Assembly (NCBI GenBank): GCA_963717935.1
Contig: CAVQXP010000004.1
Span: 1,632,001-1,696,000, forward strand
Length of the DNA: 64,000 nt
Origin: Candidatus Eiseniibacteriota bacterium
Lineage (GTDB): Bacteria; Eisenbacteria; RBG-16-71-46
Reading direction: 5' to 3'
The position numbers were made by a program, and so were the translations under genes. Under the pieces are notes generated by a model that saw nothing but the letters and a program-made list of their open reading frames with translations, searched no databases and was not told the DNA's origin. This document shows, piece by piece, positions 20,417 through 29,267 of this stretch. The stretch's first letter is position 1. Each line of letters begins with the position of its first letter.

Positions 20417-21768
20417 TCAGGCGGTGGTCGCCAGCGCCTCGTCGATGGTCGTGCAGTCCACCAGCCCGCTGCAGCCGTAGAGCACGGGCAGCAGCTTCTC
20501 CGGCGGATGATGGCGCCGCAGCTCGGCGACGAGATCGGTCCCCGCGCGGTAGCACGGCAGGTACATGCGCCCCATCAGCGGGTGCCTGCCCCAGGCGCCG
20601 GCGAACTTCTTCGCCCGCTCCTCGGAGACCAGGAAGTCGCGCCGCAGCACCGGCGCCACGTCCGCCTCGGCCGCGCGCTCCTGCCAGGTGAGGTACGAGG
20701 CCTGGTTCTTGGCGTCGTCCTGCAGCAGCGCCAGCAGCAGCCCGATCTTCAGGTCGTCGTCGGGGATCTGGTCCAGCTCGGTCACGCCGTGAGCGATGAG
20801 GATGGCGTTGTTGGCGATGCCCTCGAAGAGCGTGGCCGCGCGGGTGTTCATGGTGAGCACCGAGGCCTCGAAGCCCACCTGGCCGCGCCAGTAGAGGTCC
20901 TGCAGGAAGGCGAAGGTGGTGACGTGGCCGGGCACGACCTCGTGCGAGACGAGCTGCTCGAACTCCGGCACCGTGATCTGGAGCGACGCGTTGATCTCGT
21001 AGGAGGCCTCGTACTCGGGCCGGCCGCCGGGACGGCGCCTGCGGCCGAGGTAGTTCATCGAACCCGAGAACCAGGCGTCCTTGATGGGCAGGAACTCGAT
21101 GTTGTCCATGGGCACGTCGCCGAGTTCGGCTCGGCAGGAACGGGCGCAGGTTGCGCTCGGCCAGCGCGCGATAGTGGGCGATGTAGGCGCCGCCCACGGA
21201 GCGCACGCAGGCCATCGGGCACGTAGCGCGTGCCGCGCCAGGCGTCCACCGCCGCGAGCAGGTCGGCGTCGCTCGCCGACGGGTGGCCCGCGCGCGCCAG
21301 CAGTTCCTGCACCTGGCGGCGCTTCGTCGCCGGGTCCGAGGGCGAGGGCGGCTGGCCGGTCGAGGCCAGCACGCAGCGCTCGTAGGGGACGGGCTCACCC
21401 TTGCCGAGGATCTCCAGCCCCAGGTCCAGCATGACCTCGAAGCACAGGGCGAGTCCCGCGACGTAACGGCCGCGCAGGCCGCTCATGCTCTTCGCCTCCG
21501 TGCCGAGGGCGGCGATGGCGCCGCGCACGTCCACCGCGGCGAGGTAGGTCTCGACGGCGGCGCGGTCGGGCTCCTTCGCGGACACCCCGCCGCTCTCGCG
21601 CACGCGCGCGGCCGCCGGGTGCGTGTAGGCGGGTGGCAAGGGGGCGTCGGAGAACCAGGAGTCGGCGATGAAGCGCCCGAGGCCGGAGGGGTTCATGACG
21701 TCGCCGCCCCAGAGGGTGTCGATGCCGAGGACGGCGTTGGCGACGTGCTCGTCGAAGCGCTGGCTCAT
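20417..21768 (-). CDS. Conserved hypothetical protein with HExxPGH motif (DUF885-like, possible metallopeptidase); frameshifted around 21100-21220
   Basis: ORFs 21055-21768 and 20417-21115 join; SHEVVPGHV followed by FEGIAN; GAGG RBS before 21768. Confidence 0.6.
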
Positions 21769-21926
21769 GGAGCCTCCTCATGCCTGGCCCGGGACACGAG
21801 CGCGGGCCGCGCAGGGCTGGATGGACATGCGATCGGGCCCACCCGCGCGGACGCGGATGGTGGAGCGGGCAGTCTAGCGCAAGATGTGCCCGGCTGCCGC
21901 CCGGGGAGCGGTCCGGCCTGGAAACG

Positions 21927-21962
21927 AACGCGCCCGGACCGCTTCACGGGTTCGGGCGCGTT
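21927..21962 (-). terminator. Terminator-like hairpin downstream of the small ORF
   Basis: AACGCGCCCG...CGGGCGCGTT stem followed on the minus strand by CGTTTCC. Confidence 0.5.
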
Positions 21963-22000
21963 GCTTGAGGCGGGGAGGCCCCGCCCATGTTCCGCCGAAG

Positions 22001-22057
22001 CTAGCGGCGGATCCACCACAGCAGATCGATGAACAGAACGATCAGGCCGACTTCCAC
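22001..22057 (-). CDS. Putative 18-aa hydrophobic peptide MEVGLIVLFIDLLWWIRR
   Basis: GGAGG RBS 6 nt before the GTG; GC3-biased codons; TAG stop at 22001-22003. Confidence 0.5.
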   Translation of the reverse strand: MEVGLIVLFIDLLWWIRR

Positions 22058-22162
22058 GGTCCACCTCCGGTGGGAGAGTGGCGCGCTCTTCGCGCGGTCA
22101 ACCGTCTGGATCGGCCGTCCGTGGGTTGGCATCACGGACGGGGGAAGCGGCTTCCTGTCGCT

Positions 22163-24634
22163 TCACCTCGTAGTGTCGGCAGCCTCGGGCTGGAACTTTA
22201 GCTCTTCCTGGCGGGGCCCGGGACGCGCGTGGGCGGGCCGGGTGACCTGCTTGAGCACCACCACGGTCACGTCGTCCAGGGGTCGATCGGTGAAGGCCTG
22301 GACCGCGGCCAGCAGCGCCCGCAGGATCTCGGCCGCGCCCTTGCGGGCGTGGGCCTCGAGCACCCTGCGGACCCCCTCCGGACCGAACTCCTCCTCGCCG
22401 TGCCGTGCCTCCGTGAGCCCGTCCGAGTAGAGCACGATGATGTCTCCGGCATCGAGCTCGACGCTGCAGTCCTCGTACTGCGCCCGGGGGGAGACCCCGA
22501 GCAGGACCCCGCTCTGGCAGAATTCCTCGAAGCGGCCGTCGCGCCGGCGCAGCAGCGGCGGGGTGAGCCCCGCGTTGGCGAAGGTGAGCGAGGCGCCTCG
22601 CACGTCGACCCGGGCGCAGAGCAGGGCCACGAAGGCCTCCGGCTGGTTCAGCGCCACCAGGTCGTGGTTCAGGGCGGAGAGCAGCTGGCCCGGCGCGGCG
22701 CCCCGGCGCGCCCGGTCCCGGAAGGCGGCGTGCGCCCAGGTGCCCATGAGCGCGGCGGGGATGCCCTTGCCGGCCGCGTCCCCCACGGCCAGCGTCACCA
22801 CCGGGCCGGGGCTGCGGACGAAGTCGTAGTAGTCGCCCCCGATCGATTCGGAGGAGAGTGCGGCCGCCGCGCAGTCGAGTGAGCGGAAGACCGGCACCCG
22901 CCGGGGAAGCAGATGCGCCTGGATGACGCCGGCCTTCGAGAGCTCGCGATCCCTGACGCCGTGCGTGCTCGCCGCCTCGCGCAGGCGTGCGTTCTCGAGC
23001 AGCACTTCGAGGTGCCCGGCAAAGCGCCTCAGCTCGCGCTGGTCCTCGAGCCCGAACCAGGAGCCGCCCAGACGCCGGCCCAGCATCAGGCAGTGCCGGA
23101 CGGCCCCGCCCACGGGCAGCAGCCACGCCACGCCGGCGCGCTCCAGCGCGCGGCGGTCAGGCGCGCGCAGGCACAGGTCCTCCAGCGCCACGACCCCGCC
23201 GCCCTCGGGCAGGGCCGCGCTGAAGTCGGTCTCCGGCGATGGGCTCACCGTCACGCCGGCGCACGCCGCGGTCCGCAGTCCCCCGCGGGCGAACTCGAGC
23301 GCCAGGCAGCCGTCGAGGTGGAAGGCCCCGGCCAGTGCCCGGCAGGCCGCCTCGATCACGTGGCTCGGGGGGCCGTGGCGTGCGCCGGGGTCGGCGTCCA
23401 GCCGTTCGGTGGCCGTGGCCACGTCGGGGACGAAGCGCGCCCCGAGCGAGCGCAGCCAGCGGCTCGCGGGTCCGGCGACCGCGGCGGTGAGGGCCACGAA
23501 CGTCAGCGCTCCGCCGGCCAGGCCCGAGCCGAGATCCCGGTGCCACGCGGCGGCGAGCCATTCGCCCGCGACGTAGACGAGCCCGCCCAGCGTGGCGAGC
23601 ACCACCAGTACGACCGCAGCCCGCATGGCGACCTTGAACTCGAAGACGCGGTGCACACCGGTGGCCCAGGCGAACGACGCCGGCACGAGCAGGGTGAGGA
23701 GCACGGCCAGGCGCTCGCCGGGGATCGGTTCACCGGGCGAGAGGTTCCGCACCGCGACCAGCGTGGCGAAGGGCAGGGCCCCGAGCGCGGTGCCTGCCAG
23801 CGCCACCCGCAGCCGCCGCCGCGCGTCCGTGGAGCGCGCGCGGCGATAGGAACCCGCGAACACGTAGAGCGCGGCCAGCAGCCCGAACGCGAACCACAGT
23901 CCGGCCATGCCCTGGATCAGGGACTGCGCGGTCGCGGCGATGACCCCGAAGACCGGTTCGGCCAGTGTGATGAGGAACGAGGCCCCGAAGAGACCCGTGG
24001 CCACACCGTAGGCGATGGTGGTGGCCGAGCGCAGACGGCCCCTCGGCCGGCCCGACTCGGGGAAGAGGGCGAAGAAGTGGATGAACAGCGCCGGCAGGTA
24101 GAGGCCCACGCCGGTGTAGAGCGCGTCGTACAGCACGCCCGAGGCCTCGCTGCGCCAGCGCGGCAGCGGCGCGAGGAACCAGGCGAAGGCCAGGCAGAGC
24201 AGGAAGAAGGTCCGCGTGAGCCGGTCGCGGCGCTCGCTCCAGACCCAGCCGCCGATGAGCACGAAACCCGACGCCGCGGCCAGCAGGGCGGCCATCATGC
24301 GGCGCTCGCCGTCGGGGAGCGCTATCGGCACCACGCGGATCGTGGCCAGGTCAGGGCCGCGCTCGCGCAGCAGGACCATGGGCACGCCCGGGACCGCGGA
24401 GGCGAGGGGGGAGCGCGCGAAGGGCGGCTGGCCGGGTTGCGGGAGCAGGTGGTCCCCGGGGGCGAGCCCGGCGCCCTCGGCCGGGCCGCCGGGAACGACC
24501 GCCACGACGCGGTCCCCGCGCAGGACGAGCCCCGCGTATGGCTGGAGGGGCAGGCTCAGGGCCGACAGGATCAGCGCGGCCGCGACGGGCAGGAGCAGCC
24601 AGGACAGGAGGGAAGACGAAGTGCCGCGATCCAT
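22163..24634 (-). CDS. Membrane-bound SpoIIE/PP2C phosphatase (PDZ, multiple TM segments, GAF-like region, phosphatase)
   Basis: Start MDRGTSS with GGAGG RBS; PDZ-like VVPGGPAEGAGLAPGD; several TM segments; GGDYYD, GDAAGKG, NAG..PP, YSDGLTE, DDVT. Confidence 0.85.
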   Translation of the reverse strand: MDRGTSSSLLSWLLLPVAAALILSALSLPLQPYAGLVLRGDRVVAVVPGGPAEGAGLAPGDHLLPQPGQPPFARSPLASAVPGVPMVLLRERGPDLATIRVVPIALPDGERRMMAALLAAASGFVLIGGWVWSERRDRLTRTFFLLCLAFAWFLAPLPRWRSEASGVLYDALYTGVGLYLPALFIHFFALFPESGRPRGRLRSATTIAYGVATGLFGASFLITLAEPVFGVIAATAQSLIQGMAGLWFAFGLLAALYVFAGSYRRARSTDARRRLRVALAGTALGALPFATLVAVRNLSPGEPIPGERLAVLLTLLVPASFAWATGVHRVFEFKVAMRAAVVLVVLATLGGLVYVAGEWLAAAWHRDLGSGLAGGALTFVALTAAVAGPASRWLRSLGARFVPDVATATERLDADPGARHGPPSHVIEAACRALAGAFHLDGCLALEFARGGLRTAACAGVTVSPSPETDFSAALPEGGGVVALEDLCLRAPDRRALERAGVAWLLPVGGAVRHCLMLGRRLGGSWFGLEDQRELRRFAGHLEVLLENARLREAASTHGVRDRELSKAGVIQAHLLPRRVPVFRSLDCAAAALSSESIGGDYYDFVRSPGPVVTLAVGDAAGKGIPAALMGTWAHAAFRDRARRGAAPGQLLSALNHDLVALNQPEAFVALLCARVDVRGASLTFANAGLTPPLLRRRDGRFEEFCQSGVLLGVSPRAQYEDCSVELDAGDIIVLYSDGLTEARHGEEEFGPEGVRRVLEAHARKGAAEILRALLAAVQAFTDRPLDDVTVVVLKQVTRPAHARPGPRQEELKFQPEAADTTR

Positions 24635-24714
24635 GCGGACCTCCCGGTGCAGTTCGGGTGCTGGTGCGGTGTCGGGGCGGACTTGCGCAGCCAACGCCAC
24701 GTACAGACATTGGC

Positions 24715-24742
24715 AGGCTATCAACAGCGAGACGGCTGTCAA
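24715..24742 (-). promoter_or_regulatory. Putative sigma70 promoter of the membrane phosphatase gene
   Basis: TTGACA-N16-TAGCCT on the minus strand, in a locally AT-richer patch. Confidence 0.45.
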
Positions 24743-24900
24743 CGCCTGATTTTGCGCCTGATTCCACGCCGGCCGGGACCGGCCCGGGCCCGGACACGGC
24801 GACGCGGCCCCGGTGAAGCCGGGGCCGCGTCTTCGCCACGCCCCGGGCCGGGACCTTGCGGCCGGTGGAGCGCGCCGGGTGCCCGGCGGGGCCGGTGGAG

Positions 24901-25797
24901 CTAGGTGCCGGACTCGACGCGTCGCTTGAGCAGCTCCCAGCGCGTGTCGACCTCGGCCTGGACGTGGCGGACCTGCTCGGGCGTCAGGTGCCGGAAGCGC
25001 CCTTGCCGGCGGATGTAGGGTTCGACCGGGTCGCCCGGGTGGTCCGCGGTGAAACGCCAGCGCTGCCCGTTCTCCACCTCGAAGAGCGGGAACACGCGGG
25101 TGCGCACGGCCTGGCGTGCCAGATCCACGGTTTCCTCGTCGGGGACGTTCCAGCCCGGTGGGCAGGGCGCGAGTATGTGCAGGAACTTCGTGCCACGGAT
25201 CGTCCCGGCCTTCCGCACCTTCTCGATGAGGTCCACCGGGTGGGCCACCGTGCTCGTCGCCGCGTACGGGATGCGGTGCGCGGCGAGGATGCCGATCATG
25301 TCCTTCTTCGCGTGGGGCGTGGGAGTACCGCTCGAATCGGCAGCAGCCGGCAACTCCAGCGGCCCTGCCGGGGGACACGGGACTCCGACGTTCAGGCCTG
25401 CTCCGGCATCATGGCAGACGTAGAGGATGTCCTCGTTGCGCTCGGCGGCGTCCGACAGATCCTGCAGGCCGGTGCCGGACGTGTCGCCGGCCTCCGCCCA
25501 GGCCAGCACGGTCGTCTCCCGGTCGCCGCGCCCGTCGAGCGCAGCGCGGATGCCCGAGGCCGCAGCGGCTGCGGCCCCGGGAGTGACGCGCAGATGCGGT
25601 ACGCCGAGCGCCGACCGCGGTTCCGAGCCGCTGAGGATGGTCCAGGCGTACGCCGGCGAGGCGATGATGGTCTCGGGCCCGAGCGCCTTGAGAACGAGCC
25701 GCATGGCGATGCTGCCGCCGCAGCCCGGGCAAGCCAGGTGCCCTGACGCGAGCCACTCCTCGGGAGGGATCCGGTCCTTGATCGTGGATTGGCTCAT
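24901..25797 (-). CDS. 2-oxoacid:ferredoxin oxidoreductase beta subunit-like protein with degenerate TPP motif
   Basis: GHLACPGCG, ERNEDILYVC, KKDM..I..AH.IPYAAT, LAPCPPGW, FPLFEVENG; the GDG motif reads AEAGDT. Confidence 0.8.
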   Translation of the reverse strand: MSQSTIKDRIPPEEWLASGHLACPGCGGSIAMRLVLKALGPETIIASPAYAWTILSGSEPRSALGVPHLRVTPGAAAAAASGIRAALDGRGDRETTVLAWAEAGDTSGTGLQDLSDAAERNEDILYVCHDAGAGLNVGVPCPPAGPLELPAAADSSGTPTPHAKKDMIGILAAHRIPYAATSTVAHPVDLIEKVRKAGTIRGTKFLHILAPCPPGWNVPDEETVDLARQAVRTRVFPLFEVENGQRWRFTADHPGDPVEPYIRRQGRFRHLTPEQVRHVQAEVDTRWELLKRRVESGT

Positions 25798-25871
25798 GAC
25801 CTCGCTCCCATCCGGGGGTCTGCGGGCCTGCCACACGCGAAGGCCTGGTTGCCCAGGAAGCCCTTCTTCAC
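25794..25871 (-). pseudogene. Remnant of the oxidoreductase alpha subunit (porA-like), internally deleted
   Basis: 25-aa ORF MKKGFLGNQAFACGRPADPRMGARS; GTGA overlap with the upstream stop and ATGA overlap with the beta subunit; begins like a PorA N-terminus (GNxAxAxG). Confidence 0.55.
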
Positions 25872-27707
25872 CGGCCCTCCCTCGTCATGACCATGGCGCC
25901 GCGCGGGCATTCCTCCACGCAGATGCCGCAGCCCTTGCAATGCTCGTAGGAGAGCAGGAAGCCGTGCCCGTCCGGGTGGCGCTCGATGGCGATGTCGGGG
26001 CAGAAGATGAGGCACAGTTCGCACTGGTTGCAGACGCCACAGTCGAAGCAGCGGCGTGCCTCGGCGAGCGCCTCGTTGGTGGTGAGGCCGAGGTTGGCCT
26101 CGGCGAAGCTCGAGCGGCGCTCCTCGAAGGAGCGGTGCCGGTCGGGCTTGCCGGACCCGCTCGTGAAGTGCGCCATGTTGAGACGCTCGAACGGCACCAC
26201 CTCGTTCACCTCGCCGGTGCGGTGGACGGGGTCGTCCTTGCGCCAGCGGGTGATGCTGAAGTTGCCAGCGCCGCCGTAGCGCAGCGCTTTCGGGCCGGCT
26301 TCGGCGACCGGCTCGCCGGCCTTCTCGCGCAGGTGGCGGTCGATGCCGATGGCCGCCCGCTTGCCCGAGCCGAGCGAGTGCGCCACGGTGCGCGCCTCGC
26401 CGGTGATGTCGCCGCCGGCGAAGAAGCCGGGGTGGCTCGTGCGCCCGAACTCGTCCACCTTGACCACGTAGCCCTTGCGCGTGATCTCGGACGGCAGGAA
26501 ATCGAGGTCGGGCTCCTCGCCCAGCGCGGTGAGCAGAGTGTCGGCCGGGATGAGGAAGTTGCTCCCCTGGATCGGCAGCGAGCGCCGCTCCCCGGACGGG
26601 CCAGGCTCGCCGGCGCGCATGCGCACGCACTCGACGCCCACCAGCCGTGTCCTCGGCCGGTCGCCCTCGCCCTCGACGTACATGGTGCGGATGGCCTCGA
26701 TCGCCTCCTCGTTCTCGGCGTGCTCGGAGGTCTGCACGGCCACCGGCCACACCTGGAACTCGAAGCGCACGCCCTCGCGGACGGCCTCCTCGAAGGCCTC
26801 CGCGCTGGCCGAGAGGTCGGCGCGCGAGCCCTGGCAGAGGACCACCGGGCTCCGCCCCGAGCCTCAGCGCGGTGCGGGCGCAGTCCACCGCGGTGTCGGT
26901 GCCGCCGACCACGACCACGCGGTGCCCGACGGCGCCACGGTCGCCGACCTTCGCCTCGCGCAGGAACTCGAGACCGGGCCGCACGTCCGCCGGGTCCTGG
27001 CCGGCGAGCTCGAGCGGCCGGTTCACGCGCGCGCCGCTCGCGAGGAAGATGGCGTCGTGCGACTCCAGTTCCTTCCACGGGAGGTTGCCGCCCACGCGCA
27101 CGTCGCACTGGAAGTTGACCCCCTGCGAGCGGATGTGCTCGATCTCGCGCGCCAGCACGTCGCGGGGCAGGCGATACTCGGGGATGCCGTAGCGCAGCGC
27201 CCCGCCCGGCTCGGGCTCCGCCTCGAACACGTTGACCGCGTAGCCGAGGCGGGCGAGGTGGTAGGCGCAGGCCAGGCCGGCCGGGCCCGAACCCACGACG
27301 GCCACCTTCTCCTTGCGGGTGCGCGCCGGGACGGGCACGCGGACCTCGGGCTCGAGGTCTCCCAGCATGCGCTCGACGGCGTGGATGTTCACGGCGTCGT
27401 CGAAGAACGCGCGGTTGCAGGCGGTCTGGCAGGGATGGTCGCAGACCCTCCCGGTCACGGCCGGCATGGGGTTCTCGCGCAGCAGCAGGTCGCGGGCCTC
27501 CGCGACCCTGCCCTCCCGCAGCAGGTTCATGCAGCCCTCGACGTCCGTGCCCACCGGACAGGCCGCGTTGCAAGGCGCGACCATGTCCTGGTAGGTGGGC
27601 CGGGTGCACTTCGACGACCCGGTCCGCTTCGCGCGGGTCGATCCGGCGTCCGCCGCGATGGACGGCACGCCGTGCTGGATGCCGCCCTCGGCCTGGTCGT
27701 CACGCAT
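25868..27707 (-). CDS. FAD/NAD(P)-dependent Fe-S oxidoreductase (GltD/SudA-like) fused to a PorD-like ferredoxin; one frameshift near 26850
   Basis: APCNAACP, GRVCDHPCQTACNR, VVGSGPAGL, YGIPEYRLP, FAGGD, CFDCGVCNQCELCLIFCPD, CKGCGICVEECP. Confidence 0.85.
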
Positions 27708-28105
27708 GCTGCACCTCCCAGTCCCCGACCTTCACCACAGCCTCGCGGGTTGCTTCACTCCGGCTGGCAAGGGGCACTCCATCCAAGGAAGCATGGTCGC
27801 GAGCGCATGGTTCGTGCCAGCGCTGTCCCGAGCAACCACGGCCGGGGGGCGCGGGAATCCTGCGCCCGGATGCGCGAAATCATGCACCGGAGCCGGGTTC
27901 CCAGTCCACCCGTGCGGGAGCGTCCGGACCCTCCGCTGCCAACCTGTCAGGCCGATGGCTCGGGCTGTCAGCCCTCCGGCTGCGGTCCGTCGGCGCGCGA
28001 GCGCGATGGGGGGTGGTCGCGGCCGGGGTTTGCGCGGTGCCGGGCACCTGCCTAGAGTGGGTTCGGGAGGCCGGAAGCGGGGCCTGCACCACCACCGAGG
28101 AAGCC

Positions 28106-28699
28106 ATGATCACGTTCACCGACGTCGCACGCGGGAAGGTGCTCGAGCTGTTGGCGGGCGAGGGCCGCGAGGGCTCGGCCCTGCGTTTCTCCATCAGCGG
28201 GCGGATGGGCGGCGTGTTCCAGTACCGGCTGGCCTTCATGAAACCGGAGGAGCGCGAGCCCGGCGACGTGCTGGCCGACGCGGGCGGCTTCCAGGTCGTG
28301 GTGGACGCGCGCAGCGCGCCGTACCTGGCGGGCACCGTCGTGGACTACGTCGAGGCCCCGTCGCAGAGCGGATTCAAGATCGACAACCCCAACCCGCTCT
28401 GGAGCGACCCGCTGGCGACCGCGGTGCAGCGGCTCATCGACGACGAGATCAACCCGGCCCTGGCCTCGCACGGCGGCTTCGTGCACCTGCTGGAGCTGAA
28501 GGAGGGCGTGGCCCACGTCGAGCTCGGCGGTGGCTGCCAGGGCTGCGGCATGGCACATGTCACCCTCAAGCGGGGCATCGAGGCCCGCATCCGCGAGGTC
28601 CTCCCCGAAGTGAAGGAAGTGGTGGACGCGACCGACCACTCCGGCGGGGCGAATCCGTATTTCCGCGGGTCGGAGTCCCGCGAATCCCCCTACGCCTGA
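28106..28699 (+). CDS. nfuA: Fe-S biogenesis protein NfuA (degenerate A-type domain plus Nfu domain)
   Basis: MITFTD.A; GFKIDNPN; EINPALASHGG; GGGCQGC; VVDATDH..G.NPYF. Confidence 0.88.
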   Translation: MITFTDVARGKVLELLAGEGREGSALRFSISGRMGGVFQYRLAFMKPEEREPGDVLADAGGFQVVVDARSAPYLAGTVVDYVEAPSQSGFKIDNPNPLWSDPLATAVQRLIDDEINPALASHGGFVHLLELKEGVAHVELGGGCQGCGMAHVTLKRGIEARIREVLPEVKEVVDATDHSGGANPYFRGSESRESPYA

Positions 28700-28752
28700 A
28701 TCGCAGCGGCGCCCCGGAGCATCCCAACCTCCGCGACCCACGAGGAGGCATC

Positions 28753-29178
28753 ATGCAACGCAAGGCGACGGCGGTATGGAAGGGTGGACTGAAGGATGGC
28801 AAGGGCACGATCTCGGGGGAGAGCCGGGCCTTCCACGATCTGGCCTACGACTTTCGCAAGCGCTTCGAGAGCGATCCCGGCACGAACCCGGAGGAGTTGA
28901 TCGCCGCGGCCCACGCGGGTTGCTTCTCGATGGCGCTCTCGGCCGAGCTGGGCAAGGCCGGCCTCGTGCCCGAGAGCATCCGCACCACGGCGGGCGTGAC
29001 GCTCGAGATGCTGGAGACCGGCCCGACGGTGACGGCCATCCACCTCGAAGTGGCGGCACGCGTCCCCGGCGCGGCCCCCGCGGCGTTCGAGCAGGCCGCC
29101 CTGGCCGCGAAGGACGGCTGCCCCATCTCCCGGTTGCTCCAGGCGGCGCGGATCACGCTGGCGGCGAAGCTCGAGTAG
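28753..29178 (+). CDS. osmC: OsmC family peroxiredoxin
   Basis: A.WKG.LK.GKG, RFE..PGTNPEELIAAAHAGCFSMAL, AK.GCPIS; GAGGAGG RBS. Confidence 0.93.
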   Translation: MQRKATAVWKGGLKDGKGTISGESRAFHDLAYDFRKRFESDPGTNPEELIAAAHAGCFSMALSAELGKAGLVPESIRTTAGVTLEMLETGPTVTAIHLEVAARVPGAAPAAFEQAALAAKDGCPISRLLQAARITLAAKLE

Positions 29179-29205
29179 CGGCCGCGGCCGGTCCGATGGG
29201 CATGG

Positions 29206-29239
29206 CGAAGCCCCGTTCCCTGCCGGGAGCGGGGCTTCG
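29206..29239. terminator. Hairpin between convergent osmC and the Omp85 gene
   Basis: CGAAGCCCCGTTCCC-TGCC-GGGAGCGGGGCTTCG. Confidence 0.55.
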
Positions 29240-29267
29240 TCGTGCGTGCCGCGGGCGCGGCCCGGGC

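Noticed and set aside
27798..27812. CGAGCGCATGGT, a partial match to the hairpin-family core
   Set aside because: Only 12 nt match, the rest of the loop differs and there is no flanking inverted repeat.
28106..28400. A-type carrier domain lacking its Cys ligands
   Set aside because: A degenerate A-type domain is normal for NfuA.
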